Part shown: positions 54,643 to 64,000 of the stretch, piece after piece
How positions within the stretch are numbered: the first letter of the stretch is position 1
How the letters are laid out: each line of letters starts with the position of its first letter
NCBI GenBank assembly: GCA_951406725.2
Contig: OX597821.1
Span: 40,796,001 to 40,860,000, forward strand
Direction: 5' to 3'
DNA: 64,000 nt
Source: Octopus vulgaris
Lineage: Eukaryota
Translations under genes and position numbers: made by a program
The notes under the pieces: model-generated
What the model saw: only the letters and a program-made list of their open reading frames with translations
Database searches by the model: none
What the model was told of the DNA's origin: nothing

Positions 54643-54677
<35 letters not shown>

Positions 54678-54720
54678 TATATATATAAATTTATATCTAT
54701 CTATCTATCTATCTATCTAC

Positions 54721-54827
<107 letters not shown>

Positions 54828-55292
54828 TTATTAAATTTGAGGTTTTTATTTCCATGCTGGCCACCTGATAAGATCGGTATTTCAAATAATGATCTTATCC
54901 TTATTTATATAAATATATATGTATATAGATATACATACCTACATACATATATATATATATATATATTATTCATATTATATATATGTATATATAAATATAT
55001 ATATACACACATGCACACACGCACGCACACACACACACACACACTCACACACAGACACACATACACACATGCACACACATGATGTATTCATACATACATG
55101 TCATATACTTGCATTTATACATACATGTAAGTAGCTTCAGTAGCTTCTGATATATTTATTCTGGATATATATGTGTGTGTGTGTGTGTGTGCGTTGTGCA
55201 CATATTGAATGACACCATCTGCTGGATGATAATTATCTCAGCTGAAGAAGAAAATAAAAAGTTGATTAAATCATAGCAATACAGCTAAGATT

Positions 55293-55443
55293 TCATTTTG
55301 ATATTGGCTGAAATCTCCGTGTTTTTTGACGATGATACACTGCAAATTCCATTTTCTGGTTATTCATACCAATCATTAATATTGACATTGATATTTCATT
55401 CCGGTAACGACACAAACCACAAATGATTTCCAAATGTTCTTGC
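55293..55443 (-). other. candidate exon of a minus-strand spliced transcript
   Basis: Acceptor ATTTTCTTCTTATATTCATCTCAG; open frame QEHLEIICGLCRYRNEISMSILMI...PISK*; alternative donor TTG|GTATGA at 55370. Confidence 0.35.
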
Positions 55444-56201
55444 CTGAGATGAATATAAGAAGAAAATAATATTATTTGAAATATCAAGTTAACATGAAAT
55501 TGAAATCAAAAGTAGATTTAGACTCCATAAATTGGAATGATCTAAAAAGTTTCTTAGAATCGGCAGTAAAGGTAGAAATGTTTTGTGGATTATTGAAAAT
55601 GTCACATTAGATTTTGCTATATTATACAAATTTTACACTTTTTCAAATGATTCGAGTAACATGTTTTATGTTTAAAATGACTTAATATGGTCAAATTCTT
55701 TAAACATCAAAGAATCAACAACAATTACGATTCTATAGTTAGTTTGTCATGGTCAGTTCTAATAAGCTAAAAGTAGCTGGCCAAAGGAAATGTTTGGTTT
55801 GTGTCTCTGACCACAGAGTGTGTCCATCTTTATTGGTAGACAAGAGATTTTAAAGGTTTATGTAAAACATAGTGTTTCCATTTGTAAAACGGGCAAAAAT
55901 AAGTCAATGGGAGAATTCCCTGTTTCATTTTGTTGCTGAGATAACTAAGTAGATGAATCTTTGTTGTTGTTGCTCATGGCAATGATGATGTTAATTCTGT
56001 CTTTAATAACTATTGTAATTAAAATTCTTCAGATACCTGTTAATATTTTATTCAGGTTCCAAGTAACTCATTTCTGATATCAAACTTGATAGTGGCCTAA
56101 TGCAGTAATTTCTACAAATTTTCTTTGCTCTGATAGAAAAGGCAAATTTTTTTATTTCATACTTTACCACATTAAAAAATAAACAACACATCGTTGCTTA
56201 G

Positions 56202-56362
56202 TTAGCAACATAAAGCATTCATTAGTTAGCAACACAAACCATTTATCAATTAGCAAAATAAGGCATGTGTTAGCTACATATTTTTCAACGTGATTTATTT
56301 ATCAATTACCAGCATAAACTAGCCCTCAGTTAGCAACATAAGCCATTTATTGGTTAGCAACA
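56202..56362. repeat. decayed minisatellite of about 24 bp (TTAGCAACATAAGCCATTTATYAG)
   Basis: Recurrent TTAGCAAC units. Confidence 0.75.
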
Positions 56363-57299
56363 TCATTATCCTCATCCTCATCATCATTTAATGTTCATTT
56401 TCCATGCTGGCATGGGTTGGATGGTTAGGCAGGAACTGGCATGGCCAGGAGCTGCACCTGGTTTCTTTCTCTGTTTTGCCATGGTTTCTACAGCTGGATG
56501 CCATCTTTAGTGCCAACCACAACTGGATTCTTTTTACATGGCACCAGTACCAGTGTTTTTTAGCATTATAATCTATAAAGTATGAACATGACATCCACTA
56601 AAAAGCTGTTGGGTGTATTTCCACATATGTTATGAAGCAAATCTTTTGTAATATTTATAAAACTCTGAGATCATAAAAACTGGATAACTGTAGTCTATAA
56701 GCAGACAGTTATTATGAAGGATGGTTCTAAGATCCATTGTCATAAAGCAGTATAAGATGATATTGTTTTTCCATTAATATAACATTATTGGTTTCTAAAT
56801 AATATGCTGACATCAACAAGCATACAGAAGTCCAGAAGAAACAAAGGAAGAATAAAAACCAAAATGACTCCAATGGATGCCGACATATTTTTACTTTCTT
56901 AACAAACAGAAGGAAATGGCTTAGCATGTGGATGAGCAGAAACCATTCAATAAAATAAACGAGCATTTCATTAGTGTGCTATGCAAATTAGAACTTTCTG
57001 TTGAATGTAAAAGCAAGGAGATACACAAGATCCGTTGTACTTAGATTCTGTGATGATTATGTTTTAAATTAATTGAGTATTTAACTTGGCAAGTTTAAAA
57101 CAATCAACTCTGGCTCTCACTTTACTTTAATACAAATTAATCCTCTTTAATTATTTTAACGATTGTCAAGGATTAGTTAATCAAACTGAAAAGAAGAATT
57201 ACTTTTTCCTCATCTTTCTTCTCAGTTTATTGTTTTGGATTGAATCTATTTCTGATTAATGAATGAAAGTGATTGAACTCTGCTTTTGCTGATGGGAAA

Positions 57300-57483
57300 T
57301 TTGCCACTGTACTTTGCTAATGTACTTAACAGCATACTTTGATAGTGCACTTTGTTAATGTAATTTACCAGTATATTCTGCTAGTATATTCTGCTTGTGT
57401 ACTCTGCCCGCATGCTTTGCTAGAATGTTTTACTAATGTACATTGCTAGTGTACTTTGCCAGTGTACTTTACTGAGGTACTTT
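57300..57483. repeat. decayed 13-bp minisatellite (GTACTTTGCTAGT)
   Basis: About 14 degenerate units. Confidence 0.8.
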
Positions 57484-58204
57484 ATAAGTAAGCTTTACAC
57501 TCATGAAAACCAAGTTCAGAACTAAATATTCAATGTTAAATAGAATATATTTTAACCATTTTCAGTGGAAGAGTGTAGAATAAAATAAAAGGCAGAGAGA
57601 GAGGGAGAGAGACAGAGACAGACAGAGACAGACAGATAGAGGCAGACAAACAGACAGACAGAGACAGAGCGTTGGGGTCAGAGGATTGTCTTATTTTCTT
57701 TGTTCTAAAGATACAAGTATCTCTTACTTTCGTAGCAGTATGTCAACCTTTGCTCAAATTGTAAACTGCCCTTGAAAGGTCCTCCTCATCAGATTCTTTC
57801 TCGTAAATAAACCACCATTACTATAACTGCAACAGCCACCAGCACCACCACCACTACTACCACCACCACCATTTTGCACTACAAGAAGTGGTAATGCCCT
57901 CTTGACTTGTGGTGTCAGTCTGGTTGGGGTTCCACATAGAAATTTTGTGGGTTAATGACTTGGAAAATGTGAGAAGAACAAAAATTCAGTGAATTGTAAT
58001 GTTTGAGACGAAGGATTACAATGGAATAATGCAGGAAATATTCTTTTGTTTGGTTTGGACGAGAAAAGTGTTATAGAATTTAGTTATATTGTAGCAGAAA
58101 TGAAACAGAAGGAAGAGGATACAGCAACACATTGCTGGGATAGCAGCTCTTATACAAATACACACACACACACACACACACACAAAAACACACACACATA
58201 TATT

Positions 58205-58675
58205 CCTACATGGCACTGATACCAGTGTTGACTGAATGGCACCCAAGCTGGTGGCATGTAAAAAGCATCCACTACACTCTCGGAGCGGTTGGCATTAGGA
58301 AGGGCATCCAGCTTTAGAAAACTTGCCAGATGAGATTGGAGCCTGGTGCAGCCTTTTAGCTTGCCAGTCTGCAGTCAAACCATCCAACCCATGCCAGCAT
58401 GGAAAGTGGATGTTAAACGATGATGATGATGATACATACATACATATATATACATATTATATATATATATGTGTGTTTGTGTGTCTGTGTTTGTCCCCCT
58501 TGCATTGCTTGACAACTGATGCTGGTGTGTTTATGTCCCCGTCACTTAGCGGTTCGGCAAAAGAGACCGATAGAATAAGTACTGGGCTTACAAAGAATAA
58601 GTCCCGGGGTCAAGTTGCTCGACTAAAGGCGGTGCTCCAGCATGGCCGCAGTCAAATGACTGAAACAAGTAAAAG
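58205..58675 (+). mobile_element. family C repeat with (GAT)n tail (58205-58432) followed by SINE B 3' half (58470-58675)
   Basis: Direct similarity to 13950-14112 and 39065-39262. Confidence 0.9.
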
Positions 58676-58707
<32 letters not shown>

Positions 58708-59173
58708 TATATATACACATATGCATATATACATATATACATATATACATATATATATACACACACACACATTTATACATATATAAGCACATATAATCAT
58801 ACATACAAATATACATACATGCACATATCTATATATACATGTATGTGTGTGATTACATACGTGTGTGTGCATGTGAATATGTGCATGTGTGAACATGTGT
58901 GTGGATGTGGATGTGTCTTTGTGCTTGTGTATGTTCTTCACCACTATTTAGTAGCAATTGGCGTTGGTTAATTTACATCCCCATAACATAACTTCGGCAA
59001 AAGAGACTGAGAGAGCAAATACTAAATTCCAAAAAATGTATGCTGCAGTCATTTTTTTCAACTAAATCCTTCAAGACAATTCCTCAGCCTAGCACTGCCA
59101 CAATTTAATGCCTGGAATATGTAAAAGATGATAAATAATCCAAAAGTTCTCTTTTTTTTTCTTTTCTTCGCAG

Positions 59174-59255
59174 ACCATAAGGTTATTAAGTGCAGAAACT
59201 GCAGCCCTCTAATATGTGGTGTACTTAGGCATTGAAAGCGTTATCAACCATTCAG
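59174..59255 (+). other. candidate 82-nt exon (non-coding or terminal)
   Basis: Very strong acceptor (T-rich)TTCGCAG and donor CAG|GTTTGT; stops in all three frames. Confidence 0.35.
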
Positions 59256-61130
59256 GTTTGTAGAAGATGCTGATTCTGAAGAGAATGGTGAGCCTTTCTC
59301 TTTGAAGAAGCTATCATATAAAAGATTGATTGCCATGAAAGATCATTTGATGTCTAAACTTAAGAGCATCTAAACTTTAATTAAAAACTCCTCATTCACT
59401 GTCACAAGAAGTTTCACCAGTCCAATTATCTAGACAGTGACTAGTGTACCTTATGTCTTATATCATATCCATTTGGGATGTTGCCATATATGGCCAGAAT
59501 AGATCTGTCAAGACAATTTCAATGAAGTGATATTAAAAGGAAGTATTTCAATGTATAGACAACATTTAACTAATGAAATTATTGTTCTAATAGTAAACGA
59601 AATCTTAGAGTTGCTTGATTTGAAGACATAAACAGAGAATTAAGTGCTGACTCTCTTCTGATGCTGCGACAGTTGACAAGTTTATCAGATGGGAGAATTT
59701 TCAGAGAAATTCCGTAATTTAGATCTCAGTTTTATGAAAAGTGGCACAGAATATTTGATGTTATTTATATTTCTATAAAATAGTTTTGAAAGATAGTTTT
59801 TAAGATAGTTAAAGACAAATGGTACAGTACAAATAGAATCTGGCAGTCAGTTTAGTTTCAGAAGTGTGAGGTTCTTTAGTTGGTTGTCTTGCACTGAGGC
59901 ATCTCATATGATACCTTTGCTTGCTTAAAAGGTGGGAAACTTAGAAAATCTTCTCACAAGTCTTTTCTCAAGCTTGGGCTAAAAGTAGTAAACATTTACC
60001 CAAGTTACAGTGCAGGGTGACTGAGCCCAAAGTCTTGTGGTTGGGAAATTACTGTTTTAACCCAGCACCCATGCCTGACTGTTATATTAAAACATACGTG
60101 AGGCCCCTTTCCCAATTTTCTTTCCACAACCTCCTCCAGCCATGATTCTCCTGCTGAAAATTGCAATCAGAACATTATAATTTTTATACAAACGATCTAT
60201 AGTTTTTACGACCAGAAATATCACCGAGTAAATCTATTATCTGGCTGAAGTGTTTCACATCAAATCACATGACGATTCATAAAAACCACTTAACCCTCTC
60301 TTGCAAACACACCTCTATCCTCCATCCTCCTCTCTTCTGGGACTAACCTTACTTCCACTATTTTTTTAATATATCTGGAATATATCCAGTATAGATCTAG
60401 GAAAACCATAGTTTAATTGGGAACTTAATACACAATTTTGTATTGGATATACTTTGTTGTGATTGGCAGAAGGCCCTGCAGAAAGCCCACCCCTTCGTAA
60501 TTATTCTGTAGTTTTAGTGTTTTTAGCTGAATTTAGAAATTTTGTCTGAGTTGTCCAGAGTGTGTGTGCCACCCTTTAACTCCACTTTTAGTACATTTAG
60601 GTAATTATCTCCTTTACCTGTGAGTAGAGCTAACTCTGCTGATAATAGTTACTGCCACGTAAACCTAAAACTGACATCAGGTTAATATGAATGGTTTTAC
60701 TCAAAGATATACTTGAATAACCTAAAAATCTCACTTTAATCGTAGATGTTTCATTGGCCATGTAATTAACTGTGTTATCATGTTTAGTTCAAATCCAGTT
60801 TGTATATATATGTAAATACATATAAACATACATTATATATATATATATATATATATATAAGGCATAAGTTAGAGGTGTTTAAGCCCTCTTAGGGATAGAA
60901 GTATCCAGAGGCCCTCCTAGTAATTACCTCAGTAAGTATGGTCCTTGGTATAAGGTATACTGCAGCAGGTAATTTGAAAAGGTAAACCATCGTTTAATGT
61001 ATATATAGACGATCAGAAAATGGAGGAAAAACAACTTTTTCGGCAGAAGCATATCTTTGGTGCTAAAAAGCCATTATTTAATTGGTTAAGCAAGGTGAAG
61101 GTAAGAGTGAGTTCTACCTATCTATCTATC

Positions 61131-61168
<38 letters not shown>

Positions 61169-61250
61169 CATACATACACAAACACACATACATATGTATA
61201 TATATGTGTGTGTATATATATACACACAGATACACAAACACACATATATA

Positions 61251-61291
<41 letters not shown>

Positions 61292-61530
61292 GTGTTTGGT
61301 TGTAAAATATTTTCCATTGGCTGAAGATGGTAAAATGGTTGCACTTTCAATGGAGAAAATATAGATTCAGTGAACTGAGCAGTCTCAGTTATGTAAAGCC
61401 AGGCGTAACATAAGTATTTGTACTGATCAAGTACAAAGTGAATCAATACAAACAGAGAGAGAGAGAGAGAGAGAGAGATATCGTTACTTGATAGCCAAGT
61501 GTCTAGAACAAGCAAATGATTGATATTTAC

Positions 61531-61730
61531 AATGTCAGGGATTTAACTAGCTGTGACGTCAAAAATTTAGTTAAGAATCGATTCTGAAAATAAAAAAGGA
61601 AACAAAGAAAAAATACCATACATTTTTCTTTTGATTAAATAATATTATCTTAAATCGTTTATTTCGTTTGATTGAAGCCTCTTACCTGTAATGAAACCAT
61701 TAGAAGCAGGTGCAACTTTATAATTACATT
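61531..61730 (-). other. two candidate exons (61686-61730 or longer; 61531-61583) separated by a 102-nt intron
   Basis: Donor CAG|GTAAGA at 61685, acceptor TTTTTCTTTGTTTCCTTTTTTATTTTCAG at 61584, and a second donor ATT|GTAAAT at 61530. Confidence 0.45.
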
Positions 61731-62044
61731 CTGTATACATATTAGCCAGCGATTTTACCTTTTCCTTTCTCAGCCTGTCTCTTCATATGTATGGTATTAG
61801 TATTAGTATTGAGAGTGGTGGCAGTGATGAGGTAACGATGTCAGCCAAGGGAATACAAATGAAATTCTGTGTAGTAAAGAATGTTTTTTTTTATATAAAA
61901 TCCATTATAAACGATGTGAAGTTGGTGTGTAAAAGTTGTTTCTCTTATTTGTAGCAAAATACAAGTCAGCAGAATTGCAACAGAACAGCATTCAAGAATG
62001 CTTTCTGGACAATCCTCTTTGTATGCAGAGATACTTACTGTGTG

Positions 62045-62215
62045 TGTTCTTCTTTTATTCTTCGACTCGTTTCTGTTATTTAACTGTGGCCATACTGGAG
62101 CATTGCCTTTAGTCGAACAAATCAACCCCAGGACTTATTCTTTGTAAGCTTAGCACTTATTTTATTGGGTTTTTTGCCGAGCCACCAAGTTTGTAAACAC
62201 ACCAACCAACATCAG
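62045..62215 (-). mobile_element. SINE family B, 3' part
   Basis: Reverse complement of 39100-39262. Confidence 0.85.
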
Positions 62216-63110
62216 GGTGTATATAAAAGCAGAGAATATAACATATATATAGACAGATAATAAAATACTTACACAAGGACAACAAATAAGGACAGAAGAT
62301 ATGATACTTGTAACTGGACAGAGAATATAGAGTGTTCAAAGCCAAGACTAAAGATATTAGTCAGACAATGAAAAATTGTTGGAAAATGTTTCAAAGTGTT
62401 ACTTTTCCAGTGACATTCAGAAGGAGACAATGATCAACTATATTGATCTGTTACATGATGATGATCGCCAATATATTTAAACAGATCGGCGACATGAATA
62501 TTGATAGAATCTAAAAATAAAAAGCTTGAAATAAATTTAAACACAACTGGTCTCATGTTATTATTATTATCCGGAGCTTCATGATAAATATATGTTTTGT
62601 TGTGGAAAAGCCAGCAACTGACTTGATATCAATGTTGTTAAGAAAAAATAAAAAAGAAAACTCAGACATCTCTGGACTACTTATGAAAAGTCTGGAACTA
62701 CAATATCCAAAGTATAAATTCAGATTTATTCAATAAAACTCAGTCAGAAACATTTAAAATGGTCTATCTGACTTTAGGTTCTCAAAAACGGCAAATAATT
62801 CTATAATCCACAAAATTCACCAGTCGGGATAATACAAGATAGAAAAATGTTTATGAAATTAAATTTTTAAAAAAAATTTCAGTAGTAATAGTAAAGACAT
62901 AATTGGTATTATTTTAGGTACTCCTGTCTCACATTTATATTTTCTTGTGAACCGATAAGCAAGTATCTACATGGTGTTTCATCATGCTAGATATAGCAGT
63001 CAATTTTTCTTCAGTTCTCACCATAAAGGATGCATTAGGCAATGTATTAATATATGTGTGTAGGCATGTAAGTGTGTATATGCATGTATGTATGTATGCA
63101 TGTATGTATC

Positions 63111-63740
63111 TCTCCTGACACATGGGAGGGCATAGCTATTGATCGTAGCAGGTGGAGAAGGATTGTGCACTAGGGGACAGCTACTTTTGAGAAATCTCGA
63201 GTTGTGCATGAGAAAGTAAGGAGGGATGTCAGGAAGGGCATCGCTGTTACACTTCCAGATGGGAAGTGTCTTTCTATGATGCTGACATGCAGTGTCTGTG
63301 CAAGACCCTGCCTCAGTAAAGCTGGACTCAAGAGTCATCTTCGTAGTCATAAAGCGAGACAGATGAGTGACAACCTGGCCACTAGTGGTGGTGTTACACA
63401 CCATACTAATCATATCTGTTGAGAATGTGGAAGAGAGTGTAATTCGGCAGGAGGACTTAAATGACATGCAAAGGTACATGAAGCCCAGTTACAACTACAG
63501 CCGGCTATAACCGGTAAAGGTTTTAGTTGCCAATTCTGTACAAGACATTGTAGATCTTTAGCTGGGCTAAAAAATCACATTTGATCACAGCACCAATAAC
63601 AGTTAAGCTTTGTGCAATGGCCATACTTGATAACAAGAGGGCAGCCCTCATGTATGTATGTATGTATGTATGTATGTATGTATGTATGTATGTATGTATG
63701 TATGTATGTATGTATGTATGTGTGTATGTATGTAAGTATG
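63111..63740 (+). mobile_element. 5'-truncated RTE (BovB-like) LINE 3' end, three C2H2 fingers, (ATGT)n tail
   Basis: SPDTWEGIAIDRSRWRRIVH*GTATFEKSR (RTE WE..A.DR..WR motif), then CSVCARPCLSKAGLKSHLRSH, C*ECGRECNSAGGLK*HAKVH and CQFCTRHCRSLAGLKNHI*SQH. The tail starts at 63650. Confidence 0.92.
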
Positions 63741-64000
63741 GGTGCATGTATGTATTTATGTATGTCTGTATGTGTATCATTATTCAGTTTATTTCAAGGT
63801 TTCTTGCCAATAAAAGAAAAGCCAGTTTCTAGCCTTGATCCAAAGCTACTTCATTGGAATTTCAACATCAACAACAGGATATTTTTCTGTGCATATATGT
63901 ATGTAGATTTGTATGTTTTGTTTTATGTATGTATCCTCATGCATATAGTTGCATATCTAGACATGTTCATATATACTTAAATGATAAACTTCTGGAAAGC

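Overview
AT-rich eukaryotic genomic DNA with a very high density of simple repeats. The repeat repertoire (tRNA-derived SINEs with microsatellite tails, RTE LINE debris, mariners, Penelope-like fragments, huge (AT)n/(AC)n/(TAGA)n/(ATC)n tracts) points to a coleoid cephalopod, most likely Octopus; this is an inference. No intact protein-coding gene is recognisable, and nearly all ORFs in the track are microsatellite artefacts. Supported content: four decayed Tc1/mariner transposons (one DD37D maT-type and three mariner lineages), RTE retrotransposon remnants including a triple-C2H2 C-terminus and a bipartite non-autonomous derivative, dozens of SINEs, several MITEs, and candidate spliced exons on both strands. 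The most interesting signal is a set of type I hammerhead-ribozyme motifs with short palindromic stem III from several unrelated Penelope-like families. The best case is a young, highly structured element at 32.4-33.05 kb with a 359-bp period, a U3-A8 core variant, a 146-bp inverted arm and a candidate TSD, i.e. a retrozyme-like self-cleaving retroelement. All coordinates and identities were read by eye.
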